IMG/VR virus record: IMGVR_UViG_3300045988_166150
Location: 32,001-96,000 of that record
DNA: 64,000 bases
Strand: one strand, 5' to 3'
DNA from: a virus
Shown one piece after another: positions 25,479-36,726 of the stretch. The notes beneath the pieces are model-generated. The model searched no databases and was not told where the DNA came from. It saw only the letters and a list, made by a program, of their open reading frames with translations. The translations under genes were made by a program, and so were the position numbers. Numbering within the stretch: position 1 is the first letter of the stretch; the number at the start of each line of letters is the position of its first letter.

Positions 25479-26714
25479 TTAATGAAGATATGGGAATTGA
25501 GTTTGAAGTGTAGAATAATTTGTACTTCCTGCATAAACATATTCATTGATTGTATTTACTGGTGTGATTTGTTGCTCAGGATATATTTTTGAAGCAGTTA
25601 TTGTCATATTAGAACTAATATCTAAAGGTATGCTCAATGTTTGTATTAAATATTCTCCCTCAATTCCTATTTTTTTATTTGTATAATTAATTTTAATGTT
25701 TACATCATTTAACCAAGGTATAGGCACAATTTCCAGTGAAATTGTATCATTTAATCTTGCATGTAAATAAAGTTCATATTTAGCTCTATCTTGAGCCAAT
25801 TCATTATTATAAATTCTCTCATCATCAACTATGTAATTTATTTGTCCAATTCTAGCAATACTAAACGGACTATCCGTGTTCATATCTGATATTTCAGCAG
25901 TGACTTGTTCACCACTATCTAATAATCTTCCCCAAACTATAATATGATTTTTAACATTTTCAAAGTCAATATCTATACTATCACTTATAACCATAGGCTG
26001 CATTAAACTATCAAAATCAAATATAACTGGTTCATTTTCACCGCTAGGAATTTTTTGCCAATGAAATACTCCATCAACATCAAAAAACATTTCCCAATTA
26101 GGATATAAGTCTCTCAATTCAACCAATAAATCATAAATGGTCGCACCCATATCCATTTTTATATCATACGGAACTTCTAATCCTTCATCTTGTATTACAT
26201 ACTTGCTAAACCCACCTAATTGTGTAATTGTTCTTTGGACTACAGCAGCGATTTTGCTACCAGCAGGAACTAATGTTGCAACAGCAGGTAACTGACCATT
26301 TCTTCTTCCTGTTAACTTCGCCATTAAATCTAATCCTTCAAATGTAATTGTATGGTCGGTAGAATTATAAACAGTGTTGGGATTGTTTATTAAAAACATT
26401 CCCATATTCCACCACACTGTTTTATTATTGTTTCTAGGATTATCTATACCTTGATAAATTTTTATAAATTTATCAAGCCAAATCTCACCGCCAGAAGTTA
26501 CCATATTTTCTTCTATATTAGTAGCGATTAACCCTAAATTACAAGTTCTTCTTATATCTGCCGTAGCATCAACATTTATACTTCCTGAAATTACTTTTCC
26601 TTCTAAAGAGTTTATTGTTTCAAAATTAAAATTTAATAGTTCAACTTTTATCTTTGAATTTCTTGTTTTCATTTGAACTAAATCATAATCTGTTTGTGTA
26701 GGTCTTATTCCCAT
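25479..26714 (-). CDS. tail / baseplate structural protein
   Basis: Position downstream of the large tail protein. The N-terminal pattern resembles minor tail proteins (weak recollection). Confidence 0.45.
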   Translation of the reverse strand: MGIRPTQTDYDLVQMKTRNSKIKVELLNFNFETINSLEGKVISGSINVDATADIRRTCNLGLIATNIEENMVTSGGEIWLDKFIKIYQGIDNPRNNNKTVWWNMGMFLINNPNTVYNSTDHTITFEGLDLMAKLTGRRNGQLPAVATLVPAGSKIAAVVQRTITQLGGFSKYVIQDEGLEVPYDIKMDMGATIYDLLVELRDLYPNWEMFFDVDGVFHWQKIPSGENEPVIFDFDSLMQPMVISDSIDIDFENVKNHIIVWGRLLDSGEQVTAEISDMNTDSPFSIARIGQINYIVDDERIYNNELAQDRAKYELYLHARLNDTISLEIVPIPWLNDVNIKINYTNKKIGIEGEYLIQTLSIPLDISSNMTITASKIYPEQQITPVNTINEYVYAGSTNYSTLQTQFPYLH

Positions 26715-26729
26715 TATAAACTCTCCTTT

Positions 26730-27680
26730 CTAATTTGCAGAATAAATCATTCCACTTAAATATAAATCTTGACCACTGCCAGCATTTCCAATTTCTGACC
26801 AGTTAAATCCAATTTGAGCAAATCCCATTCCAACTTCTGAATAATATGTTATCGGAATATTGTCACTTAATGTTACAAGCCAAATATTTCCATTAAAATC
26901 TTTAAGAATTTTAGCGGAAGCTGTTGTTAAAAAGTCTTTAATATTGTTTAATCTTTCTACTGTTGCCTTCCTATCTAGCCCCGAATTATTAGTATATACT
27001 TGTATTCCATTTTGTGTATTTGTTGCATAGCCTTCATTTTCATTATATACAAGAATATCACCACTGACAGTTCCTTTTTCATAACTTAAATTTCCATTAC
27101 TTATAATTATTGGATATTTACTTCCATATGGTTCATAAGTGCCTGTCAATCTTACTCTTTCATTTGAAGAATAAGAAGCATTTTCTTTAAATTTATAAGA
27201 AGTTTCCCCATCAGTTATAAATATACCATAAAATTCTGATTTAATACTATTAACCGCATAAACACCTTCGACATTTCCTATTATAGGGACAATCGCATAT
27301 TCATATTCAGTATCGTTTTGGGCTAATCTATCATAACGTACGAAATCTATATCTGTTATTTTGTTAACTTCAACATTAAATAATGTGTACCAGTTAAATT
27401 CGCCCTTTTTTTTTCTTTTAACTCTTATTTGACTAATATTCCCAACAACATAGTCGACATTTCCTGCATTTATGTTTCCGTTAAAGTCAGCATCCATTTG
27501 TGTGTTTTCATCCCATGTTAAAGGATATGTTGTAATATAAGGGAAATTCGTATCTTTTGTAATATTAAAATAATCATAAATCCCATTCTCAATTTGAACA
27601 TTTGTTATATTTGTTAAATTAGTAGGGACAGGTTGCCAAGAATACCTGTCCTGTAAAAAATTATATCCTAAGAATATCAT
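26730..27680 (-). CDS. tail structural protein
   Basis: ATG at 27680 (MIFLGYNF) with AAGGAGG upstream. Confidence 0.45.
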   Translation of the reverse strand: MIFLGYNFLQDRYSWQPVPTNLTNITNVQIENGIYDYFNITKDTNFPYITTYPLTWDENTQMDADFNGNINAGNVDYVVGNISQIRVKRKKKGEFNWYTLFNVEVNKITDIDFVRYDRLAQNDTEYEYAIVPIIGNVEGVYAVNSIKSEFYGIFITDGETSYKFKENASYSSNERVRLTGTYEPYGSKYPIIISNGNLSYEKGTVSGDILVYNENEGYATNTQNGIQVYTNNSGLDRKATVERLNNIKDFLTTASAKILKDFNGNIWLVTLSDNIPITYYSEVGMGFAQIGFNWSEIGNAGSGQDLYLSGMIYSAN

Positions 27681-27696
27681 CCTAACAACCTCCTTA

Positions 27697-30600
27697 CTAT
27701 GTTTCTTCTCCTTGATAATCACCAAGGTTTTCTATTTTTAAATCAAATATGTTATTTTTCTTGCGAACCCAAATAAACACTTTATCTGTTTCTTTTGGAA
27801 TATCTATATAGTTACTATGAACAAAATATGGCATTACGTTACCATTCCAACATTTTAGTGTCACATAAGCATTTTTAGTTTCTTGTTCGCTTTGACCACT
27901 AATATAACTGAAATTAATATTTGCCAGCATATTATTATTTGTAAACACATTTGAAGTTCCTTCATATGTTTTTATCCCATTAAGAGCAGAGACATTTTCT
28001 AAAGATAATGCTTCAACTATTGGATTATTTATTATATGAGAAAAAATTAAAGGATTTTCTTCTTTATATTTTGAATTTACCCAAGATTTAAAATCATCTA
28101 ATGTTGTCCCTTGTGTAGTATAGTTAACAATAATCCTAAAAGGTCTTGCTGTACTACCCGACCTATCTGTATAAAAAGAAGGGATTTTCTTTTGAGCAAA
28201 TCCGGCAAAATGAAAATAATTAGATAAAGCCAGACCAGTTTTTAAATTTGGTGCTAAAACATTTGGTACGATAACAAACCTATCAATGTCTACCGTAACG
28301 TGACTCTTGCTATACCAAGCATTGTCTGATACACCACCATCAAGTTCTATTTCTTCTATATATCTAATTACGCTTGGTTCATTTACATAAGGATAGTAAA
28401 TCTCTGCCGTAGTGCCTTCATTAATCTGTAATTTATTACTTGTTATATCTGAGCTTGCAGCATTTACTTTTATCTGAACACAAGTATCTGGTACAGTAAT
28501 TTTGCCACTTGATATATTTACACTAGAAATTAAATTTCCATATTCTGTTAAATAATTCAATTGATATTGAGTATTGCCAGATTGAGAAAAATAATAATCT
28601 TGCCCGCCTTTGACATTAGCAATTTGTGTTTGTGGATTTAATAAGTTAAGACTTTCTAAACATATTATATCTTTATAATTACCAATAGCTCTTAAAGGTT
28701 GGTCTAATGTTATTGTTGTTTGATTTGGTTTATATACTTCATACTCAGTAACTTGGTCACCAGTTTCTATTTGTATGTTCCAAATTTGAACTTGGTTATT
28801 CTCAATCGTATCATTTAATGTAAATTCAAATAAGAAATCATATACATTACTTGGCGCAGCAAATGAACCATTATCTAATGTGATTTCTTCCACTCTATCT
28901 CCAGTTTCTTTATTTATTGTATATAACTTAGAAGATAATAATTCTCCATAACTATTATAAGAAATAGCATAATTTTGACCTGGTTGTAAAATATTTGGAA
29001 AACCAATTGCAATATATGCGGTTTCATTTGTTCCAGCTAAATTTGCACTTATACCATTTTGAATATAACTTATCTCAGTGTTTTTATTTTCTACATAATA
29101 TATTTTATCATAATCAAAAATATTCTTTTGAGTAGCTGTTGGATAAATATTGTATAATCCATGTTTTTGATAATCATGTGCAACTCTGCCTTTTTCAAGC
29201 TGAACATTTGATATAGAGACATTTACATTTGCCGGAATTAAAGTTCTAACAAATTTTACTGATAATGTTGAATTATTAGGTATATCTTCAGGAACCATAA
29301 AGCTTGTATTGCTTCTACCTGTTGATTGATTGTAATATAATACGGCGCCAGTTATATCTGTAATATTATTCCCATTTTTATAGCAAACCGTAAAATAAAG
29401 GTCTGTTGAAGCATTATTTATGGTATAATCAAATGACAAGTTATACACAAAATTTGGTTTTAATTTAAATATAGTATCAGTTACTTTAAAATAATCTTGA
29501 GTATAAGATATATCAAATAAACCTAAATCTTCTAATAAATTTCTTTGGTCGCCAGAAGAATAAATCGGACTTGGTACACTTGGTGAAGGAACTCTTAATG
29601 TAGAAGCTTTTAAAATTGGCAAATCTTCAGTTGCGTAAATGTTTGTGATATCGGCATATGCTGGTTTTAATGTTGACTGAATTGTTTGCTGTTCTGCTGT
29701 TAAAGGTAAGGTTTCAGAAGTTGCAAGTTGAGCATAAACTATTAATGGATTATCTGTCAAGAATTGTTTAAAAGCATCTAGACTCTCACCTTCATCATAT
29801 ATGTATATTTTACTATCTATAATTGTAAACCCTTGTGTTGGCTTATAAGTTGTTCCTTTTTGAATTAAAGGAAACATATTGGAATATGCTATAGCTTCAT
29901 TACTTGTGCTTGAATTTTTGAAAATTTTTCCTATAAAATTTGATAAAACAATAGAATATCTAGGGCTTCCACTTTTTTGTGTAGGTTCTGCTACTAAAGG
30001 TGCAGTATTGTCAATGACAATTTTCTCCCAACCACTATGTTCTATATCACTTATATAATCTCCTATTAACATAGGTTTTTGAACGGGCATAATGTAAGAT
30101 TGCTCTTTATGGCGAGTATATTCTGTCAAATTATCGTATTCAGCCCACATTTGAAATTCAAATATATCTTTATTCAAATTTCCCCATAATGTTGTGCTTA
30201 TTTCACAATCTTCTGTTGCTGTATAAGTTCTTTCATAAACTTGATTTAAGTTATAAATTTCAATTTTGCCAAAAGAAGGAATTATACCTTGAACTTTATC
30301 TACATACCAAGTAAATGTAGTGTCTTGGCTTGGTTTAGAAAACAGCTTAAATCCAACTTTTATAGTTTGTCCTTTTTTTAATTTGAATTTCGTTAAATCC
30401 TTTCCACCACTTATTGCTGTATTTTTTATTCCTTTGTCTGTATATTCCCAATTCGTTCCCAAAGAAGAAATCGGCATAATATTTTTATTTTTTATGTTTA
30501 TTTCTACCGAACCTTGGTTATATGGCGAATATTCCGTTCTTTTATTTCCTATCTCTAATTTTATTTTCTCTCTTGCATAACTTGTTTCACCACTCTTAAC

Positions 30601-33600
30601 ACTATAACTTATTCTCATATATTTAGCATTATTTTTAACATCAAATGTATTACTAAATGTTCTGTTTTGATATTTAATATAAGACAATATTTTTTTATCC
30701 TTATCATAAAATGCAATATTGCATTGAAAATAATCAGTTGTTGATTCCCATGATAAAGTATATATATTTGCTTTTACTTCTATAAAATCCGTAGTTCTCC
30801 ACGAATCATTAGGATAAAGATTTCCTGATTCTAGTATAATTAACGTATTTGTTACTGAATTTATATCAAAATAATTTACATTATCCCCAACAGCTTCAAC
30901 TTCACTTGGTGCCTCTGGACTTGGCATTGCCCTTGTTATATTATAATCTACATTTAAAATCGCAGGATAACTACTTTCATTTGTTATATTAGTTATATCT
31001 TGATATATTGTCATATTAGTCAATTGAGCCTGTGCTGTTTTTTGTGTATCTGTTAGAACCAAATCTGTTGGAGTTGCAAGCTTATAATAAACTACAACCG
31101 GATTGCCTTCATCGTATTTTGATTTTAACCACGCTTTGAACACATCTACGTTAGAGAAGTCGTTTTTATAAACAGAAAATCTTAGATTTTTACCATTATT
31201 ATAAACTGTTATAGAATTTGGTTGTACACTTGGTGAATATATAAAATAATTACTATATCCATATCCATCTATCGCACCTAATATATCTAAAGCACAAACA
31301 AGTATGGTTTCTGTAGTTGCACCACTTAATGTTATTTTTTCCTCTCCAGTCAAAACCAACTTCTTCCACTCATGATGTTCGACTCTTTTTATATAATCAT
31401 TGGCTAACATTTCTTGTTGGATAGGAAGAATTATTTGTTGAATTTCTGGTTTTATCCAGTCAGTATTTGTTCTACCACTTTCTAACTGAACATACACAGT
31501 ATAATCTATATTAATTCCACTACTTAGACTATCACAAAAAATACCAAAGGAAACTGCTTCTTTAGAAGTTGTAAATGAAACTCTCCATGTAGCAGTAGAT
31601 ATATAATGTGTAGAAAAAGTATCATCTCTGTAATAGAGTCTTAAAACAAATCTTCCACGACTAATTGCATTTTGTGAAAAAGTATAAGTGCCGATAGGCA
31701 AACATATATTAGTTTTTTTTGTCACTCCAAAAAAGCTAGAAGTTGTTGTACCTTTACATAAAAGTTTTTCACCATCATATGTCGTAGTAATACCATTTTT
31801 TGTTACAGAACTTTGGACAATATTAGCTAAATAATTTTTGTTTTGTACATTTACTTGCACAGAACCATAGTTATATGGAGAATATGGCGTTGCCAATGTG
31901 CCTTTTTCTAACTTTGGTTTTATTATCTCAATATCAATTGGACTAATATTTGATATATTATCTATTTTTCTTATAAGAACTCGTATTTTCTTAGTATCGG
32001 TTGGTAAATTTATTTTCAAATACTTTGCCCCATTTATCGCATTATTAGAACTATAATATTGTCCTATATATGTTTTATCTTCTTTATATAAAATTATATT
32101 CAAAAAACAATATTGTGTATTTTGAATAGAAACATAATAATCTTCATTATCTATTATATCTATAAAGTCTTTGGTTCTAATTCTAGTTGTAGAGCTTGTA
32201 TCTACTCCATTCGAAATCGTTCCTTGTTCCCAATCACTTGAATTTGTAGGAATTATATTTATATTACTTCCAACAGTTTGTATTTCTGAAGGGTAATCTG
32301 GAGAAGGGCTTGCTCCGTATTGTTCAAATGGTTTATTTTCTGTACCTTTAATTAACATAGGATAAAAGGTTAAATTATTAACTGTTACACCAGCACTAAT
32401 TGCCAACCAAATTACTTTTCCTGTCACATCTGCATTTATAGTTGATGTTACTCCTTCTCCTATATCAAAAGTTATATTAGCTATATTCATACCTAACCTA
32501 TAAGTAGTCTTACTTCCACCTTTAGGACATCCTGTCAATTTATATGTTCCAGCTTCAAAGCTAAAAGAATGACTCCCTTCTTTATTTAAAAAATTAATAC
32601 TTGCATCTGCAGTTGCAGTTCCATTAGCTGTTACAGAACCATCTTCATTTGTTGTAAATGTTATACCATTCTCTGTTTTTGAAGCTGGGGGTATTAACAA
32701 ATTATATCCCTCTCTAGTTTTTTGATAATTGTTACCATTTACTACTATATCAGCAGGTTTGCTACTATCAACTCCAGTCAAGTATACTTCTGTACCACTT
32801 GCACTTTGTTTGCTACCTTCTTGAGTTTTTTGATATTGATTTCCTTGCACTTGTATATCTAAATACATGTCTCTAGTTGTTTCAGCTTTTATGTAATTTC
32901 CAGTTCCTAAATCTACGGGCGCTTTTGATATTTGTTCGCTATTGCCCATGATTTCTAAATCTTCAATGTCTGTTTTAAACCCATTCTTAATTGCAACATT
33001 TTTGCCAGAAACAGAAGTGTAAGAAGGTAACGTTTCAATAACATCTGCTATCATCCATTTCATTTCTATTTTATTAGGATTATCTGGTGTGTTTTCTTTG
33101 TTAGCCAGGCTGATTATTCTTTCATAATCATTAAAATCTCTGCCCCAAACTCTCATTGTAAAATCGTTATTAATATTAAATCCTTCGTCCCACTTAACCC
33201 AACTATCTTTATCTCTCAAATCTACTTCTTTGTCATCTATATAAATAGGTGGTTCGGGATTACTTTTTCCATCAATCGCAACTATATTAGAAGATATTTG
33301 TATATATCCATTTTCACAGTCATTTATTAAATCTACTATTGCGAAAGTTGCTGGCTGTGTATATCTAACAGTAAAATACATTAATCCACTTGTTATTTCA
33401 GTATTATTTACTGTTTGTCCTTTTAATTCAACATAATATGAAGTGTCATTGTCCATCCCCACAAATGTATAAGCTAAAGAACTATTTGATTGATAATATA
33501 TTATATCACTTCTGTCTAATATATTTTTATTGCTGTCATATAATATAAATTGATAACTATTTAATTGTTCGCCTTCTGATTGTAAATAGTTACCTTGGAA

Positions 33601-33969
33601 CGCATAGGTTCCATTACCAATAGTCTCTGTTGCCGGTATATTTGTTATCGTTAAGGTTGGCTGACTATAACAATAAAATGGCACTGGTGTACTTGGGTTA
33701 CTTTGGTTATTCGCATTATCTATAGTATAAATAACTACATTGTAATAATTGTTATTTGATAATGTATTGGCTGGGATTGTTACCGCCAATTTCATAGTTG
33801 CCGTTATCTTTTCATAAACAACATTCCCTGTTTGGTTATTTGTTATTACAACTCTATTCCCTGTTACTTGTGCACCACCAATAACTATAAAAGTTATCTC
33901 GTGCTCTTTTGTGCTATCAAAAGCTGCAATTGGGTTAACTATTGGTTGTGTTAATTGTTGTATCGCCAT
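27697..33969 (-). CDS. 2090-aa modular tail / host-recognition protein with at least three tandem ~350-400-aa modules
   Basis: Recurrent blocks: PSP(D/E/S)xPS(E/P)(I/V).., YSPYN(Y/Q)GSV(Q/E)(V/I)N(V/I)(Q/K)NKN, (H/S)(E/G)W(K/E)K(L/I)V and FK(A/Q/S)W(L/V).. linker segments. Confidence 0.6.
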   Translation of the reverse strand: MAIQQLTQPIVNPIAAFDSTKEHEITFIVIGGAQVTGNRVVITNNQTGNVVYEKITATMKLAVTIPANTLSNNNYYNVVIYTIDNANNQSNPSTPVPFYCYSQPTLTITNIPATETIGNGTYAFQGNYLQSEGEQLNSYQFILYDSNKNILDRSDIIYYQSNSSLAYTFVGMDNDTSYYVELKGQTVNNTEITSGLMYFTVRYTQPATFAIVDLINDCENGYIQISSNIVAIDGKSNPEPPIYIDDKEVDLRDKDSWVKWDEGFNINNDFTMRVWGRDFNDYERIISLANKENTPDNPNKIEMKWMIADVIETLPSYTSVSGKNVAIKNGFKTDIEDLEIMGNSEQISKAPVDLGTGNYIKAETTRDMYLDIQVQGNQYQKTQEGSKQSASGTEVYLTGVDSSKPADIVVNGNNYQKTREGYNLLIPPASKTENGITFTTNEDGSVTANGTATADASINFLNKEGSHSFSFEAGTYKLTGCPKGGSKTTYRLGMNIANITFDIGEGVTSTINADVTGKVIWLAISAGVTVNNLTFYPMLIKGTENKPFEQYGASPSPDYPSEIQTVGSNINIIPTNSSDWEQGTISNGVDTSSTTRIRTKDFIDIIDNEDYYVSIQNTQYCFLNIILYKEDKTYIGQYYSSNNAINGAKYLKINLPTDTKKIRVLIRKIDNISNISPIDIEIIKPKLEKGTLATPYSPYNYGSVQVNVQNKNYLANIVQSSVTKNGITTTYDGEKLLCKGTTTSSFFGVTKKTNICLPIGTYTFSQNAISRGRFVLRLYYRDDTFSTHYISTATWRVSFTTSKEAVSFGIFCDSLSSGINIDYTVYVQLESGRTNTDWIKPEIQQIILPIQQEMLANDYIKRVEHHEWKKLVLTGEEKITLSGATTETILVCALDILGAIDGYGYSNYFIYSPSVQPNSITVYNNGKNLRFSVYKNDFSNVDVFKAWLKSKYDEGNPVVVYYKLATPTDLVLTDTQKTAQAQLTNMTIYQDITNITNESSYPAILNVDYNITRAMPSPEAPSEVEAVGDNVNYFDINSVTNTLIILESGNLYPNDSWRTTDFIEVKANIYTLSWESTTDYFQCNIAFYDKDKKILSYIKYQNRTFSNTFDVKNNAKYMRISYSVKSGETSYAREKIKLEIGNKRTEYSPYNQGSVEINIKNKNIMPISSLGTNWEYTDKGIKNTAISGGKDLTKFKLKKGQTIKVGFKLFSKPSQDTTFTWYVDKVQGIIPSFGKIEIYNLNQVYERTYTATEDCEISTTLWGNLNKDIFEFQMWAEYDNLTEYTRHKEQSYIMPVQKPMLIGDYISDIEHSGWEKIVIDNTAPLVAEPTQKSGSPRYSIVLSNFIGKIFKNSSTSNEAIAYSNMFPLIQKGTTYKPTQGFTIIDSKIYIYDEGESLDAFKQFLTDNPLIVYAQLATSETLPLTAEQQTIQSTLKPAYADITNIYATEDLPILKASTLRVPSPSVPSPIYSSGDQRNLLEDLGLFDISYTQDYFKVTDTIFKLKPNFVYNLSFDYTINNASTDLYFTVCYKNGNNITDITGAVLYYNQSTGRSNTSFMVPEDIPNNSTLSVKFVRTLIPANVNVSISNVQLEKGRVAHDYQKHGLYNIYPTATQKNIFDYDKIYYVENKNTEISYIQNGISANLAGTNETAYIAIGFPNILQPGQNYAISYNSYGELLSSKLYTINKETGDRVEEITLDNGSFAAPSNVYDFLFEFTLNDTIENNQVQIWNIQIETGDQVTEYEVYKPNQTTITLDQPLRAIGNYKDIICLESLNLLNPQTQIANVKGGQDYYFSQSGNTQYQLNYLTEYGNLISSVNISSGKITVPDTCVQIKVNAASSDITSNKLQINEGTTAEIYYPYVNEPSVIRYIEEIELDGGVSDNAWYSKSHVTVDIDRFVIVPNVLAPNLKTGLALSNYFHFAGFAQKKIPSFYTDRSGSTARPFRIIVNYTTQGTTLDDFKSWVNSKYKEENPLIFSHIINNPIVEALSLENVSALNGIKTYEGTSNVFTNNNMLANINFSYISGQSEQETKNAYVTLKCWNGNVMPYFVHSNYIDIPKETDKVFIWVRKKNNIFDLKIENLGDYQGEET

Positions 33970-33993
33970 TTACTTCTCTCCTTTCTAATAGAT

Positions 33994-34290
33994 TTATATA
34001 TTTTTTGCTTTTTTAAACATTTCTGTTTGTTTTAAATAATCATAAATATCTTCTATTGTATCACTCTCATTGTATTCTTTTGATATATATGTTGTATTTA
34101 TAAAAACATTCATTTTTTTATCTATGTCTGTACTTTTATAATACTCTGCTTCTTCCTTTCTTTTGTTTTCAGACACATAAGAAGCAATTTCTATTATTGT
34201 AGAATGATTTGTGATTTTATTTATACTAACTACCCTATGATAATTTACTACAATTCCATTATCTAATTCTATTGATTTACTTAACGCCAT
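33994..34290 (-). CDS. hypothetical protein
   Basis: ATG with GGAGA upstream. Confidence 0.5.
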   Translation of the reverse strand: MALSKSIELDNGIVVNYHRVVSINKITNHSTIIEIASYVSENKRKEEAEYYKSTDIDKKMNVFINTTYISKEYNESDTIEDIYDYLKQTEMFKKAKNI

Positions 34291-34299
34291 ATTTATCTC

Positions 34300-36705
34300 C
34301 TATCTATATCCAACTACTCTATATATTAATATTGAATTATCAGTACCTGTTCCACCAAGTAAAGAACCATCTGTTCCAAAATTTATATTGCCTACATACG
34401 CTTTTGATATACTGTAATTATTTATTAAGACATCGGCTGAAATAAGCTGTTGAACATCTGTATCACTACTTCTCTCAAAAAGTGTTAAGTTACATTTTTT
34501 TCCATCGGGTAATAAAACAATTGCACTATTATAGCTATTATTTTTCCCAAAAAATATCTCAATATAGACAAAATTAGAAGCATGAATGGGTATTGTTATT
34601 GTTCCTGTAGTTCCACTAGTATTATCATATAACACCATTTGTTTTCTCCATATCATTCCCCAGTCATTCCAATTTCCTTCGATTTTTGCCCTAACCCATT
34701 TTCGCATGCCATTATATGCTGTAAACTCTTGAAGTATATAATTATGTTCAAAAACATGTGTAAAAAGATACCCATTGGCACCATTGGGAGTTTTCGCAGA
34801 ATTGCTAGTATATCTAAATTCTGTCTCAGATATATTATCTATATCACTATCGCTTACATAAATTCGTGTAACTTTATTTATATCTAAATTTCTACCTTGG
34901 TTTGCAGATAAGGCATTATCAATAGAACTACTTGTTAAATTGTCTTCTACGATAACTTTTGTCGCCCCATTAGCAATCCCGTCTAGCTTATTTTTCAATG
35001 CAGTAGTAAAATTATTGTCGGTATGTACATAGTTACTATCCGCTACAAAATTGCTATCGTTAGTTAAATCAGAAGTCTTTGTGGGTACTGTTATATCAAC
35101 TGTTTTATTAAATATTGGTAATGCTGTTCCATTTTTTTGTATAGTTGTAATCATGTTATCTTCAATATTGATTATATCTTGTTGTATATCTCCAATATTA
35201 GTATCTAGCGCAGTAATTTTGCCATTTAACACTCTACCTTGGTTAGCAGATAAAGCATCTATTGCTGAAGTACTTGTCAAATTATCAACAACCGTTATTC
35301 CAATTCCACCAATAGCGCTCAATGTTCCATCTTCAGTTATAATTAAATTGTTTCCAATTTTAATCCCACCTAAAGTAGTTTTACTAGCGATAGGGATTTG
35401 TGTCAAAAATTTATTTGTTCCATTTTCCCCATCATTGATAATTTCCGAAGTTTTAGTTGGGACTGTTATATTAACCGTTTTGTTTACTATGGATAAATCA
35501 GTGCCATTTTTTTGAATTTTTTCAATTACATTAACTTGTGCACCACTAGCAATTCCATCTAATTTTGTCTTGTCTCCACTAGACATAAGACCATTTTCTG
35601 TTGTTGTAGCTACACCATAAGTTGTATCAGTATATTCCATTTTTACCCAATTGCTCCACGCAGAACCATTGAATTGTCTTATATATTTTATATTAGGGCT
35701 TTGATTTCCGCCAGTTAGTTCTTGTGTGTAATAACCACTAGCAGTTCTATATACCAACACCCCAAAAGCATCTATTCCACTTGGTTTATTCGTAACGCTA
35801 TTACTTCCACCAGCATAATAAAAACCAGGAGTTTTTATATCATTTAAGTTTTGATTTGTTAATTGATTTGCAGTAGGATTTGCTGTAATATTAATATCTT
35901 TCGTTCCATCAAAATCTACATTATTAATTTTTCTTGCATTTTGTAATTTAGTCGCAGTTCCTGCATTTCCACTCACGCTTGTTTGTTCAGGATGAACATG
36001 GTCTCCTCTTGCATATCCACTTTCAGCTCCAGTTGAAGCAATCCCAGCAACTTTAGGCAATGTTGTACTAGGAGCATTAGCAGTGGCTTTCTCAGCAATT
36101 CCATCTAGCTTTGTTTTTAATGTAGTTGTAAAATTATTATCTGTGTGGACATAATTACTATCATAGACAATATCACTTGGCAAATTGCTTTTCACCACTA
36201 TTTTTTCTTCATTTAAAGTTGCTACACCATTTGCAGCCCCTTTTTGCGAATTTGGAATAAAATCCAAACTTGGCAAATTTCTCAAATCAGTATAATTGCC
36301 AGTCTTTGATATTTTATGTAAATTAATAATCCCTTTGATTGTTTCGGCATTATTTGTATTTTGCCCTGTTACATTGTTTGTATTCAATATAGGCTTATTA
36401 ACTAAATCATTATAGTTCGAAGTTCCACCAGAACCGCCACTATTTGGCAAAGTTTCTATGTATATATCTGAAAAATTATTTAAAGGAGCTTTAACTTTTA
36501 CAATATCTCCTACATTTAAATCTCCACTATAATTTACTTTATATTCTGTTCCATTAATTTGTACTCTATAAAGTCCAGCTTCAATTTTTTCTATAATTTT
36601 TGCTCTATAAGTTCTATCATATCTTAACTTGTCTAATTGGGGTTCAATCATATTCTGTATTGCTTGTATTATATAATTTAACCCTTCTTTTATACTAGTT
36701 GCCAT
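34300..36705 (-). CDS. tail fibre protein with internal duplications
   Basis: Duplicated SNYVHTDNNFTT(T/A)LK(T/N)KLDGIA and KTV(N/D)ITVPTKTS(E/D) segments. The GDKTKLDGIA motif is typical of phage fibre repeats. Confidence 0.6.
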   Translation of the reverse strand: MATSIKEGLNYIIQAIQNMIEPQLDKLRYDRTYRAKIIEKIEAGLYRVQINGTEYKVNYSGDLNVGDIVKVKAPLNNFSDIYIETLPNSGGSGGTSNYNDLVNKPILNTNNVTGQNTNNAETIKGIINLHKISKTGNYTDLRNLPSLDFIPNSQKGAANGVATLNEEKIVVKSNLPSDIVYDSNYVHTDNNFTTTLKTKLDGIAEKATANAPSTTLPKVAGIASTGAESGYARGDHVHPEQTSVSGNAGTATKLQNARKINNVDFDGTKDINITANPTANQLTNQNLNDIKTPGFYYAGGSNSVTNKPSGIDAFGVLVYRTASGYYTQELTGGNQSPNIKYIRQFNGSAWSNWVKMEYTDTTYGVATTTENGLMSSGDKTKLDGIASGAQVNVIEKIQKNGTDLSIVNKTVNITVPTKTSEIINDGENGTNKFLTQIPIASKTTLGGIKIGNNLIITEDGTLSAIGGIGITVVDNLTSTSAIDALSANQGRVLNGKITALDTNIGDIQQDIINIEDNMITTIQKNGTALPIFNKTVDITVPTKTSDLTNDSNFVADSNYVHTDNNFTTALKNKLDGIANGATKVIVEDNLTSSSIDNALSANQGRNLDINKVTRIYVSDSDIDNISETEFRYTSNSAKTPNGANGYLFTHVFEHNYILQEFTAYNGMRKWVRAKIEGNWNDWGMIWRKQMVLYDNTSGTTGTITIPIHASNFVYIEIFFGKNNSYNSAIVLLPDGKKCNLTLFERSSDTDVQQLISADVLINNYSISKAYVGNINFGTDGSLLGGTGTDNSILIYRVVGYR

Positions 36706-36726
36706 AAATTAAAACTCCTTTCTTTT

